Assembly: GCA_964424775.1 (NCBI GenBank)
Contig: CAYRJZ010000002.1
Span: 73,736 to 137,735 of the forward strand
DNA length: 64,000 nt
DNA from: an uncultured Gammaproteobacteria bacterium
GTDB taxonomy: Bacteria > Patescibacteriota > Microgenomatia > Levybacterales > UBA12049
Direction of reading: 5' to 3'
Shown here: in pieces, positions 9,011-19,800 of the stretch
How the letters are laid out: every line of letters starts with the position of its first letter
Numbering within the stretch: the stretch's first letter is position 1
Made by a program: the position numbers and the translations under genes
The notes under the pieces: model-generated
The model's input: only the letters and a program-made list of their open reading frames with translations
What the model was told of the DNA's origin: nothing
Databases searched by the model: none

Positions 9011-11131
9011 ATGGTAAATAGAAAGAAAAATGAAATTATTTCCTTAGTACTATTGCTCATAGTAGGTATCATTGTTTATCATAGATGGCTGAATATATCT
9101 GCATTTGCTTTTGGAGATTGGGGATTTGGATTTAGAGAAGTTTATTCAGAGATAATATTTCCATATACAGGTGGTGTTTTTGGTCCAAATATTCTTCTTT
9201 GGAAATATCCATTTTTCTTAATAAATGGGTTAGTAAGTCTTTTAGGTTTTAACTCAAATGTTATTGAGAAAGTTATTGTTTTCTGGCCAATTATTCTACT
9301 TACACCAATTAGTGGGTTTCTAATAGTTAAAAAAATTACTCGTTCAAATACAGCTGGGGTAATAGGATCACTTATTTTCTCGTATAACACTTATTTTCTC
9401 TCAATTAGTACTCAAGGCCATCTTCTTTTACCACTTGCATATGCATGGGGTGCATTTGCATGTATAACTTTTATTAATTTGTTAGAAAATAAAAAACTTA
9501 TTTGGCTACCAATAACTGCACTGCTTCTTTTTGTTGTTGGAGCTACAGACTTGAGAAGTCTCTACGTCATTTCAATGATTCTCTGTCTTTATGCACTTTA
9601 CCATCAACTCTTTATTGAAAGAAAAATTAAGGAAAATTTCTTTAAAAATATTTTAAGGTGTTTTTCTGTCTTTTTTATCTTATTTTTGTTAAATATTTTT
9701 TGGATTCTACCTGCAATTACTATTCAAAATTTAACATCTGGTGCTGTTTTTTATAGTGAATTGTTTGGCGGTGAATTTTATAACATTCAAAATGCTATCT
9801 CATTCTTCTATCCTTTTTGGACTGGCAAAGAAACAGCATGGTTGCAGCTCCAAGAAATACCATTGTCATTTTGGTTGTTCCCATTGGTAGCGTTCTCAGG
9901 GCTCTTAGTAGGAAGACGAAATAAAAAAATTGTCTTCTTTGGTCTTATTGCACTTTTTGGCATTTTCTTATCCAAACAAGAATCCCAGCCATTCCCACAG
10001 GTTTATCCATGGCTTTTCCAACATATTCCAGGTTTTGCTGCATTTCGTGAGGCAAGCAAATTTAACTTTTTAATCGTGTTAGGTTATGCAGTTCTTTTTG
10101 CAAGTTTTTCACTCTTTATTAAAAACTATTTTAAGGAGAAAAAATACTTAGCGAGTATAATTATTTTCTTTTTGGCATTGTTGCCTCTTTGGAATACTAT
10201 ACCTTTTATAACAGGAGAAATAAAATCTCTTTATATTCCAAAGACAGTCCCTGAAGATTTTATAAAACTTAGTAATTATTTTAAGAAAGAGAATAACTTT
10301 CAAAGAGTATTTGCCATTAATAATAATATTTACTGGTTATATTCAACTTCAAATCATCCAGTCACCGATGCGGTTGGATCTGTGAGAAATTATTGGGCTG
10401 AAACAAAAATGTATGATGTTGAGTCAGATATGACTGAGGGAAAACGCATTACCCTTTTCCTTACATCAGATTCAGGACGACGATTACTTTCAAATGCGTC
10501 AGTTGGACATCTTGTTGTAAACATAAAAGATGTAGAAACAAACAGTAATGTTAGACGAGATTTTGGAGAAAATAGAGAATTTTTCGAAAAGTCATTTGAT
10601 AAAGTAAATTTTTTGGAAAAGAAAGATATCGGACTTAAAAATACTCTTCTTTATGAAAATAAACAGGTACGACCACTTATCTACTTAACTCAAGAAAAAG
10701 AGAGTTTGAAGAAAGATATTCCATTTGAACGTGTTCAATTTACAACAATTAATCCAACTGAACACCGTATCTCAATTATGAATTTAAGAAACCCTATGTA
10801 TCTCAATTTTGCTGGACTTTATCATCCAGACTGGAAGTTAAGAGTAGGCAGCTTTCATTGGAAAGATGCAGTAGGAAACAAATCATATTTCATTGAGAGT
10901 AAATTTCATCAAAAAAATGAAGTTCTTCAAAATACTTTTTTACTTGACCCAGAGTATTTAAAAAAGAATGATGATGCTGACATAACTGTAAATGAAGACG
11001 GATCAATAAATATGATATTCACGCTCTTTTTTAGACCACAAGCTTATTTATATCTGGGACTCCTTATAAGCACGACTGTATTTGTCTTATCGTTATTCTC
11101 AATCGTTATTCTATTTAAATGGAAAAAATAA
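9011..11131 (+). CDS. Polytopic membrane protein with a large C-terminal extracytoplasmic domain, GT-C-like (YfhO/ArnT/PMT-type)
   Basis: About 12 predicted TM helices over the first roughly 400 aa, a roughly 250 aa soluble domain, then a C-terminal TM. This architecture is typical of GT-C glycosyltransferases that use polyprenyl-phosphate sugars. Confidence 0.4.
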   Translation: MVNRKKNEIISLVLLLIVGIIVYHRWLNISAFAFGDWGFGFREVYSEIIFPYTGGVFGPNILLWKYPFFLINGLVSLLGFNSNVIEKVIVFWPIILLTPISGFLIVKKITRSNTAGVIGSLIFSYNTYFLSISTQGHLLLPLAYAWGAFACITFINLLENKKLIWLPITALLLFVVGATDLRSLYVISMILCLYALYHQLFIERKIKENFFKNILRCFSVFFILFLLNIFWILPAITIQNLTSGAVFYSELFGGEFYNIQNAISFFYPFWTGKETAWLQLQEIPLSFWLFPLVAFSGLLVGRRNKKIVFFGLIALFGIFLSKQESQPFPQVYPWLFQHIPGFAAFREASKFNFLIVLGYAVLFASFSLFIKNYFKEKKYLASIIIFFLALLPLWNTIPFITGEIKSLYIPKTVPEDFIKLSNYFKKENNFQRVFAINNNIYWLYSTSNHPVTDAVGSVRNYWAETKMYDVESDMTEGKRITLFLTSDSGRRLLSNASVGHLVVNIKDVETNSNVRRDFGENREFFEKSFDKVNFLEKKDIGLKNTLLYENKQVRPLIYLTQEKESLKKDIPFERVQFTTINPTEHRISIMNLRNPMYLNFAGLYHPDWKLRVGSFHWKDAVGNKSYFIESKFHQKNEVLQNTFLLDPEYLKKNDDADITVNEDGSINMIFTLFFRPQAYLYLGLLISTTVFVLSLFSIVILFKWKK

Positions 11132-12009
11132 GAAATATTATTTTTATTCTCACAGTGTTGGGTATGATTATCGTACTAACAATTATCACTTTGCTTCAAA
11201 GTGATAATTTGACTGGGTTTTCAATTTTTTATCCAAATGACGTGATAATTACATACCCAAGGGGTGAACTCTATAAGGATCAATCAATAAAACTCGATCT
11301 CAATGTAAATGAGAACTATCTTGGACAGGTAGCAGTACGATTTTATAATTATGATCGAATAAACGAGGACTCCGTACTCTTTAGAATTAGGGAAAAAGGC
11401 TCGAAGTCATGGTATTACGAGCATATCTATAAAACTGACCAGTTCCAGCCACATCACTTATTTCCATTTGGATTTCCGGTCATTCATAATTCAAGGGATA
11501 AGCAGTATCAAATTGAGATAATTTCCCAGAGCGGGAAGCCTGATGATGCAGTTACTTTAAGCTCCCATCAGCCTAAAGTCACAAGTGCACATCAATATCC
11601 CAAACAAGAGCTGTTATCAAATCCATCATTACTGATAGAATTTGTCGTAAATAAGGTAAAGTATAGTCATGTCAGTCTTGATACCTTTATTTCATTTGGG
11701 AAATATGTCCACATAATTACGTTATCTACGGTATTTCTTTATCTTTTCATTAATAGTGTAATAGTCAAGTTTTCTCAATTTCGACAGAATTTAAGTACTG
11801 TGATGCTCATTAGTGGACTTGTGTTGCTGATGAGCGGCGCTCTTCTCCACTATGTCCACCTATTTTCGGTTTCATCGATACTTATTATCACCTCTTATTT
11901 CCTTTTTCTTATGAGTACAGTACTATTTCTTATAGAGAATAAGAAAAATGAAGGCGAGAAGAGGCCATCAATGCGTGAGAAAGTTGTTCGTAAAAGGAAA
12001 AAAGTATGA
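11119..12009 (+). CDS. Hypothetical membrane protein (N-terminal signal anchor, soluble domain, C-terminal TM bundle)
   Basis: Hydrophobicity pattern only. Confidence 0.35.
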   Translation: MEKIRNIIFILTVLGMIIVLTIITLLQSDNLTGFSIFYPNDVIITYPRGELYKDQSIKLDLNVNENYLGQVAVRFYNYDRINEDSVLFRIREKGSKSWYYEHIYKTDQFQPHHLFPFGFPVIHNSRDKQYQIEIISQSGKPDDAVTLSSHQPKVTSAHQYPKQELLSNPSLLIEFVVNKVKYSHVSLDTFISFGKYVHIITLSTVFLYLFINSVIVKFSQFRQNLSTVMLISGLVLLMSGALLHYVHLFSVSSILIITSYFLFLMSTVLFLIENKKNEGEKRPSMREKVVRKRKKV

Positions 12010-13589
12010 GAATTCTTTCAAAAAGACAGAATCTTTTTTTAGTTATAGTTTTACTTCTGATTATTGTAACTCTTTCACTGCTTCTTCGAATTCATTCCTT
12101 TAGTGGTGGTAATTTTTATTTTCTTTTAGACCAGGCAAGAGATATGACTCTTGTTAAAGAGATAGTAGAAAATAGAGATATCACTCTTATTGGTGCCAGG
12201 TCAGGAATAGGGGGAATATTTCATGGCCCACTCTGGCTTTATTTACTTGTTCCAACGTTTGTTTTGAGTGGAGGAAATCCTTATTTTACTCTTGTTCCCA
12301 TTTTTATTCTTTTAACAGTGATTCTAGTTTTGTCCGGATTTTATATTGGATGGAAATTATATGGAGCAAAATATGGACTACTTATAGCTCTTTTCCTTGG
12401 AATTTCCTCTTCTTTTATTGAAAGTATGGCTAATTTTTCTAATGCCCATGTTATGCCACTGATTTTTCTCTTCTTTCTTTACACACTCATACGCTATCTC
12501 AGAGGATATGAAAAAGCTCTCATTGGTAGTGCGTTCTTGATTGGTATTGGTATTCATTTCGAAGCTGCCTTTGCAATTTTTTTAATACCGATTACACTTC
12601 TTACTTTTGTATGGAAGAGAAAATTTCCTCAAATGAAGACCTTATTTAAAAGCACAGTCGTATTTTTCATTACTGTAATAAATTATGTTCTTTTTGAGTT
12701 GAAAAATGGCTTTATTATGACTCGTGCAGCTCTGAATTTAATACTTGGTCATTCAGGTCCAATGGAAGGGTATGAGCAGTATTCAGATGTGTTTTTCAGA
12801 ATAAATGATAGGGTAAGTGTCTTTGTTAATTCTTTTTTTACGCCTTTATTCACACAAACTCAATTAAGTAAAGTGTTGCTGATAATTATTATTATTTCTT
12901 CTTTTGTTTTTACTCTTATACATTTGAAGAAAAAGAAAAGAGAAAAAGATAATTCAGAGTTTTTGTTTCTTCTCCTCATACCTCTAATTATTTCAGCGTT
13001 ATTAGTGATATATCCACATCCTATTTGGCCTCATTATATCCTTCCTTTAGTAATTTCATCAGTGTTTCTATTAGTTTTAGGAATGAAAATCATATCTAAG
13101 CATAAGTTGGGTCATTATTATTCTTGGTTCGCACTTTTAATATTCCTTATCCCAACACTTGGATGGATAGACAATACATATATAAAAGGATACTCTGTGC
13201 CATTATCAAATGGGGCTACATTTCAAAAACAATTAGAAGTTGTAGACTGGGTATTGAATGACGCGGGAAATGAGAAGTTTGGGTATCTTGCTTATACACC
13301 TCAAGTTTTGACATATAACATGGATTATTTAATGTGGTGGAGAAGTAGAGATAAAGGTGTATCACATTATGTCAATAACAAAGAAAGAATTACCTATCTT
13401 CTTCTTCTTCCTCCAAAAGAAGGAGACCTCAAAGCTCATGATTTCTGGAAGAAAAATGTGATACGGACTAATGGGAAAGTGATTGAACGAAAAGTATTTA
13501 GCACAGGTCTTATGGTTGAAAAACTCGAAATTTCCAAGCAAGAACCTCCTGTTGAGTCAACATATTTCCACGGTGCACTCTTCCGATAA
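12006..13589 (+). CDS. GT-C family membrane glycosyltransferase (ArnT/PMT-like)
   Basis: N-terminal TM, then the first-loop acidic motif (LLDQARDM) before a run of about 12 TM helices. The C-terminal soluble domain and layout match the ArnT/PMT_2 family. Confidence 0.45.
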   Translation: MRILSKRQNLFLVIVLLLIIVTLSLLLRIHSFSGGNFYFLLDQARDMTLVKEIVENRDITLIGARSGIGGIFHGPLWLYLLVPTFVLSGGNPYFTLVPIFILLTVILVLSGFYIGWKLYGAKYGLLIALFLGISSSFIESMANFSNAHVMPLIFLFFLYTLIRYLRGYEKALIGSAFLIGIGIHFEAAFAIFLIPITLLTFVWKRKFPQMKTLFKSTVVFFITVINYVLFELKNGFIMTRAALNLILGHSGPMEGYEQYSDVFFRINDRVSVFVNSFFTPLFTQTQLSKVLLIIIIISSFVFTLIHLKKKKREKDNSEFLFLLLIPLIISALLVIYPHPIWPHYILPLVISSVFLLVLGMKIISKHKLGHYYSWFALLIFLIPTLGWIDNTYIKGYSVPLSNGATFQKQLEVVDWVLNDAGNEKFGYLAYTPQVLTYNMDYLMWWRSRDKGVSHYVNNKERITYLLLLPPKEGDLKAHDFWKKNVIRTNGKVIERKVFSTGLMVEKLEISKQEPPVESTYFHGALFR

Positions 13590-13636
13590 GTTTCTTTCTT
13601 TGTATACGCTCAGCTGTTTTTGTTACAATAGATCTT

Positions 13637-14563
13637 ATGATATCAATTGTAGTTCCTGTTTTTAACGAAGAAGACGCATTGAAGCCTTTTTATACTGAAT
13701 TAAAAAGAGTATTAAAAGAGCATAAGTACACATACGAAATTATCTTTATTGAAGATGGTTCAACTGATCTGTCGTTAGATATCCTTAAGTCTTTTGAATC
13801 TGATGATAAATCAGTGAAGGTATTTTCTTTTCGCCGAAATTTGGGGAAAGCTGATGCTTTAACATTAGGATTTCAAAAAGCACAAGGAGATGTTGTTATT
13901 ACAATGGATGCAGATCTTCAAGATCAGCCGAGCGAAATACCACTTTTTCTTACCAAACAAAAAGAAGGCATTGAAGTCGTATGTGGATGGAGAAAGAACA
14001 GAAAAGATAAGTCTCGAATGAAGTTCATCTCAAAATTATTCAATGGTGTCGTTCACAAAGCATTTGATATTCCAGTTCACGATTATAATTGTGGCTTTAA
14101 ACTGTATACACATGAAGCTGCAAAAAGCCTACGCCTCTATGGAGGGCAACATCGTTTTATTCCTGTTCTTGCTGCTGAACAAGGGTTTGTCGTTGATGAA
14201 GTCGAAGTAAAACATGAACCTCGAAAGTTCGGATACTCAAAATATGGGTTCTCAAAAATATTTAAAGATCTTCCTGATATGTTCTCAATACTTTTTCTTG
14301 TAAAGTATCGAAAACGACCACTTCATTTTTTTGGAGCTATGGGGGGTGCGATGACTCTTGTTGGTACATTTCTTTTTATCTATCTGACGATACTTCGACT
14401 GACGGGTGAAAGAATTGGGGATAGGCCTCTGTTGATCTTTTCAGTACTTCTCATACTCGCTGGACTGCAGGTTTTCTTTACAGGATTCTTGGCTGAACTT
14501 TTAACGAACGTCACTCAACGTGACAAGATGAACTTTCCTATCAAATATCAGTCTAAAAATTAA
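13637..14563 (+). CDS. GT2 polyprenyl-phosphate glycosyltransferase (ArnC/GtrB/CsbB/DPM1-like)
   Basis: ISIVVPVFNEE, FIEDGSTD, VITMDADLQDQP (DxD), and a C-terminal two-TM anchor. This is the typical lipid-phosphate sugar synthase that partners GT-C enzymes. Confidence 0.75.
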   Translation: MISIVVPVFNEEDALKPFYTELKRVLKEHKYTYEIIFIEDGSTDLSLDILKSFESDDKSVKVFSFRRNLGKADALTLGFQKAQGDVVITMDADLQDQPSEIPLFLTKQKEGIEVVCGWRKNRKDKSRMKFISKLFNGVVHKAFDIPVHDYNCGFKLYTHEAAKSLRLYGGQHRFIPVLAAEQGFVVDEVEVKHEPRKFGYSKYGFSKIFKDLPDMFSILFLVKYRKRPLHFFGAMGGAMTLVGTFLFIYLTILRLTGERIGDRPLLIFSVLLILAGLQVFFTGFLAELLTNVTQRDKMNFPIKYQSKN

Positions 14564-14565
14564 AC

Positions 14566-15099
14566 ATGAGAATTGGTATTGATATTTCCCAACTTGCATA
14601 TAGTAATACTGGTGTTGCTAATCTTCTTAAAAATCTCGTGAACACACTTACAGAAGAAGGGAAAAACCATGAGTTTATACTGTTCTATTCTTCTCTTAGA
14701 AGACCTTTTAATAATGAGTGGATAATAAGCCGTCCTAATGTTTCCATAAAGCAATTCAAACTTCCTCCTTCTCTTTTAGATCTATTATGGAATAGGCTTC
14801 ATATTCTTCCAGTTGAGTATTTTATTGGAGAAGTTGATTTGTTTATATCATCGGATTGGACTGAGCCACCAACTAAAAATGCTCAAAAAGTTACTATTCT
14901 TTACGACCTTGTTGTACTGAAGTACCCTCAGGAAAGTACAGAAAAAATTGTGGATACTCAAAAGAGAAAATTGCACTGGGTGCAAAAAGAGACAGAGAAG
15001 ATACTCTGCATTTCTGAATCTACCCTACATGATGCAAGAGAACTCCTCCATATCCAACCCGATAAATTATCTGTTGTTTACCCCGGATTAACTGCTTAG
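14566..15099 (+). pseudogene. Truncated GT4 glycosyltransferase, N-terminal domain only (177 aa); likely remnant of a paralog
   Basis: MRIGIDISQLAYSNTGVANLL aligns with the N-termini of the full-length GT4s at 15139 and 22577 (M.FGIDA...GV, MKVGIDARFWNETGVGRY). It ends before any GT-B C-domain. Confidence 0.4.
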
Positions 15100-15138
15100 T
15101 TTATTTCTTGAGCGGGATAAATAGACTATACTAAAAAT

Positions 15139-16269
15139 ATGATATTTGGAATTGATGCAAATGAAGCAAATGTTGAGAGAAAAGTCGGTGTGAGTGAGTA
15201 TTCTTTTGAATTACTTCGTCAGTTCAATGAGTTATCTCCTGAAGAATCTGAGTGGCAGATATATCTAAAAAATTCACCAAGAGATGAATTCCCAAAAGAA
15301 AGAAGAAATTGGAAATATAACGTCTTTGGTCCAACAAAGTTGTGGACACAAATTGCTCTCCCCTTGATGCTATATAGACAAAAGAACAAACCAGATGTCT
15401 TTTTCTCTCCAGGTCATTATGCTCCTCGATTTAGTCCAGTTCCACGGGTAATCTCGATTATGGACTTAGCTTTTTTTCATTTTCCTGAATACTTTACCAA
15501 AAAAGACTTAATACAACTTCATAATTGGACGAAGTATTCTGTCAAGGCTGCAAAGAAAATTATCACCATAAGTGAGGCAACGAAGAATGATATAATCAAA
15601 TTGTACAGTGTTCCCGAGGAGAAAATAGAGGTCATTTATCCTGGAATAAAACACACTTTTTTAACATTAAAGAGTATGAGTAAAGCTGACATTCAAGAAA
15701 AATATGACATTTCCGACCACTATGTGCTTTTCGTTGGGACACTTCAGCCACGTAAAAATATTGAAAAGCTTATTGAAGCATTTGCTCTCGCAAAAAAATC
15801 TTTAGTGGATACCTGTCAAGGTCTCCAACTTGTCATTGTAGGGAAAAAAGGGTGGCAATTTGAATCTATTTTATCTGCACCACAGCGTTTTAATGTTGAG
15901 GAGAGCGTTAAATTTCTTGATTTTGTTCCTGATGATGATCTTGCAGCTCTCTATAAAAATGCCCAACTTTTTGCATTTCCGAGTCTTTATGAAGGGTTTG
16001 GATTGCCAGTGCTTGAAGCTATGAGGTATGGTTGTCCAGTTCTGACAAGTAATATTAGTTCATTGCCTGAAGCTGGCGGAGACGCTGCATATTACATCAA
16101 TCCAAATGACGCAAAAGATATTGCACAAGGAATAGAGAAAATTATTTCTAACTCTAGGCTTCGTTCAGAGATGATAGAAAAGGGAAAAAAACAAATAGCT
16201 AAGTTCAGCTGGGAAAAAGCGGCAAAAGAAACACTTGCAGTCCTTGAAGAAGTAGGAAACAATAAGTAA
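15139..16269 (+). CDS. GT4 glycosyltransferase
   Basis: Complete GT-B: N-domain MIFGIDANE..., C-domain YVLFVGTLQPRKN...FAFPSLYEGFGLPVLEAMRYGCPVLTS (EX7E). Confidence 0.8.
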   Translation: MIFGIDANEANVERKVGVSEYSFELLRQFNELSPEESEWQIYLKNSPRDEFPKERRNWKYNVFGPTKLWTQIALPLMLYRQKNKPDVFFSPGHYAPRFSPVPRVISIMDLAFFHFPEYFTKKDLIQLHNWTKYSVKAAKKIITISEATKNDIIKLYSVPEEKIEVIYPGIKHTFLTLKSMSKADIQEKYDISDHYVLFVGTLQPRKNIEKLIEAFALAKKSLVDTCQGLQLVIVGKKGWQFESILSAPQRFNVEESVKFLDFVPDDDLAALYKNAQLFAFPSLYEGFGLPVLEAMRYGCPVLTSNISSLPEAGGDAAYYINPNDAKDIAQGIEKIISNSRLRSEMIEKGKKQIAKFSWEKAAKETLAVLEEVGNNK

Positions 16270-16274
16270 TACAT

Positions 16275-16829
16275 ATGATTCCGAGAGTAAAAAGAAGAAT
16301 TACAACCGTTGTGTCTGAATATATTGTTTTTTGGCTTCATATTATTGGAACTGTTCCTTCACATACAATAAGGCGTTTTTTCTATCGTCTATCCGGAATT
16401 GAGATTGGAAGAGGATCTACTATTCATATGGGAGCTCGTTTCTATCAACCGGCAAATATCTCAATTGGTAAAGATACCATTGTCGGAGAAGGAGTTGTCT
16501 TAGATGGGAGAGCCAAACTTATTATTGGTAATCATGTAGCAGTAGCATCTGACGTTATGATCTATAACGCTGAACATGATATCCACAGCACAACATTTCA
16601 TGCGATCACGGGAGATGTCTTTATACATGACTATGTCTTTATTGGCCCTCGGGCAATAATTTTACCAGGTGTAACGATTGGAAAAGGCGCTGTCGTTGCC
16701 GCAGGAGCTGTTGTGACGAAAGATGTTAAGCAATACTCAATAGTTGGTGGTGTGCCAGCAAAAGAAATTGGAGAACGAAAAGAAAGAGATCTCACTTATA
16801 GATTGGGGAGATCTGCCTGGTTCAGATAA
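16275..16829 (+). CDS. Hexapeptide-repeat (LbH) acetyltransferase
   Basis: ISIGKDTIVGEGVVLDG...IGNHVAVASDVMIYN...FIGPRAIILPGVTIGKGAVVAAGAVV. Confidence 0.65.
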   Translation: MIPRVKRRITTVVSEYIVFWLHIIGTVPSHTIRRFFYRLSGIEIGRGSTIHMGARFYQPANISIGKDTIVGEGVVLDGRAKLIIGNHVAVASDVMIYNAEHDIHSTTFHAITGDVFIHDYVFIGPRAIILPGVTIGKGAVVAAGAVVTKDVKQYSIVGGVPAKEIGERKERDLTYRLGRSAWFR

Positions 16830-16830
16830 T

Positions 16831-19800
16831 ATGAAGAAATTTTTAAATTTTATAAGTAATAACTCGCTTCTTATCCTTACTTTATTTTTTATTGCATTTA
16901 TTCCTCTTTATCCCAAGCTCCCATTATTTGATATCAAGCATACATGGGTGTATATCCGACTTGAAGATTTATTAGTAGCACTCACATGGGGGGTATTTCT
17001 AATACACCTTATATTGCGTAAAGCAACTCTTAAAACTCCACTTACAGTACCTATATTTACCTTCTGGATTATAGGCGCCTTAGCTACCTTCAATGGTGTA
17101 CTTTTTATTTTTCCAGAGTTACGTGATGTTTTCCCGCAAATAGCTTTTCTACATTATTTGAGAAGGCTTGAATATCTTTCTTTCTTTTTCCTTGCATTTT
17201 CTGCAATCAAGAAAAAATCCTCACTTACACCTGTAATTGTTACTCTCACTGTAACACTTATTGCAATTGTCATATATGGAATCGGGCAGAGAGTATATGG
17301 ATTCCCCGCATTTCTTACGATGAACGAAGAGTTTGCTAAAGGTGTTCCACTTCGCTTATCACCACTCTCACGCGTGGCATCAACTTTTGCAGGTCATTAT
17401 GATTTAGCAGCATACCTTATCCTCCTTATTCCGATAATGGGAGGACTCGTTTTTGGATTTAAGAAGATTTGGCAGAAAGCAATTTTCTTATTTGCTGGAA
17501 CTGGGGCACTTATTCTTCTTTTGATGACTAATTCTCGGGTCTCATTTAGTGTCTATATGGTCTCTATAGTTGTTCTTCTGGTTCTTCTTAAGAAAAAGTT
17601 ATTTATTATTCCTGTTCTAGCACTCAGTATTCTGTTACTCCAATCGTTCCCGGGAATTTCTCAACGATTTGCAAGTACATTTACCCAGGTCGATTTAGCT
17701 GTTGATTCACGAACAGGCAAGCCAATTGGTATCGTTTCAGAAGGAGGAGAGAATGACGGAAAAATTGTTATTGAGGACAAACAATCAACAGGGGAAAATC
17801 TCCCTCAGGGTTCAAAGTATATAAATATTCCATCTACGTCAGGAAGTGAGTTTACATCTGAGATAGTCTATAAAAAACTCCGTCCGGGATCAGGTCAGGA
17901 AAAAATTATCAGTAGGACAGGAGAAGTAATTGTTAAAAAAGCCTTTGCCTATGATGTTTCTTTTACAACACGCCTCCAAGGTGAATGGCCTCGTGCGACA
18001 GAAGCATTTCTGAGAAATATTCTTCTTGGAAGTGGATATTCTTCAATTAATTTAGCAACTGACAACAACTATCTTCGAATATTAGGTGAGACTGGATCAC
18101 TCGGCTTCCTCTCTTTCTTCTTTATTTTTCTGACAATCGGAATATATGCATTTAAAATCCTTCCTGATATTACTGATGCAAGAGCTCGGGCATTTGTCAT
18201 TGGTACAATGAGTGGAATTTTCGGATTATCTTTAAATGCAGTCCTCATTGATGTTTTCGAAGCATCGAAAGTCGCGTTCAGTCTTTGGCTCCTGGTGGGT
18301 GTCCTTATGGGAGTACTCGTTCAATATCAGAAAAAGCCCATACATCTATTTAAAGAAATTAAAGACATTCTATTATCAGTCCCTGCACTGCTCTTGTATC
18401 TTGGAGGGATTGGATTTTTAGTATTTTTATCTGGACTGTCAAATTATTTTGTAGGTGATGATTTTACCTGGTTGAGATGGGCTGCTGATTGTCAGGCAGC
18501 TTTATCACAAAATACAAATGCATGTGGATCTTTCGTCCAGACGATAATTGGCTACTTTACAGATTCACAAAATTTCTTTTATCGACCTGGAACCAAAACA
18601 TACTTTTTCTTGATGTATCCGATATTTGAGCTCTTTCCACTTCCATTTCATGTTGTTTCAGTATTACTTCATGTCGCAGCGGCTTCTTTAATATTTTTTA
18701 TTTTAAATAAATTGTTCGGAAGTAGATTGTGGTCTTTTGTAGGTGCTGTGTTATTTTCAGTATTAAGTACTCACGCCGAGTCTGTGTACTGGATTTCAGT
18801 GACGGGTACCCTCATTACAGCAAATCTTATTCTTTTCAGTCTGCTTATTTTTCTTTACTGGCGAGAAAATAAAAATATTTTTCTATTCCTTCTTATGCTT
18901 CCATCATTACTTGTTGCAACATTCTTTCAGGAATTTGGAGTCATTGGTCCTGTCATGCTTATAGCCTTGGATAGTGTCCTTTCACGAGAAAATGGAGGAG
19001 TTAAAACATTGAGAAAAAATCTACTTTGGTATCTACTTTTATTTGTTCCGGTCATTCTCTATTATATCCTTCGACAAAATGCACAAAGTATTTGGTTTAG
19101 TGGTGATTATAGTTACAATTTGATGAAACTTCCGTTCAATTTTCTAGGCAATGCTGTCGGATATATTTTACTCGCTCTATTTGGTCCCTCATCACTCTCC
19201 TTTTATTCTTTCTTTAGAAATTTGAGCTCTGATAATGTCATAGTTGTTACTCTTTTTGGATTTGTACTGCTAGGAATTGGGTTTTATATTGTTCGAAAAT
19301 ATTACAGTACTATTTCAAAGAAGACATCGTTATACATTATTTTTGGTTTAACTCTCTTTGTTACTTCTCTCCTTCCTTTTTTGGGACTGGGAAATATAGC
19401 ACCACGTTATAATTACCTCGCTTCTTTTGGAATAATAATTATTGTAGTCGTCCTTCTGAGATCAGCTTACACACGGCTCAGTAAGAGATCAAAAGAGACA
19501 GCTATTGCAGTCATTTTTATAACAATTGCACTCTTTGCTTTTTATCATGTCCGGGAACTTCAAAGAATTCAACAAGACTGGAAGAAAGCAGGGGAGATTA
19601 CCAATAATACTTTAGTCAGCTTAAGCTATGCGTATCGAAATACCGATGAAGCCACACCATCTGCTAAAACTTTCTTTTTTGTAAACAAACCTATCAGATA
19701 TGGCGAAGCATGGGTGTTTCCGGTTGGCTTAAATGATGCACTTTGGTTTAGTTTTCAGAGTAAGGATATCAGAATTATCGAATCAAGTGCTGAAGATGAA

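Noticed and set aside
16744-16830. Upstream extension of the 1056-aa ORF overlapping the acetyltransferase gene.
   Set aside because: The in-frame ATG at 16831 starts a typical membrane-protein N-terminus right after the upstream stop. The 87-nt extension would overlap a well-supported gene.
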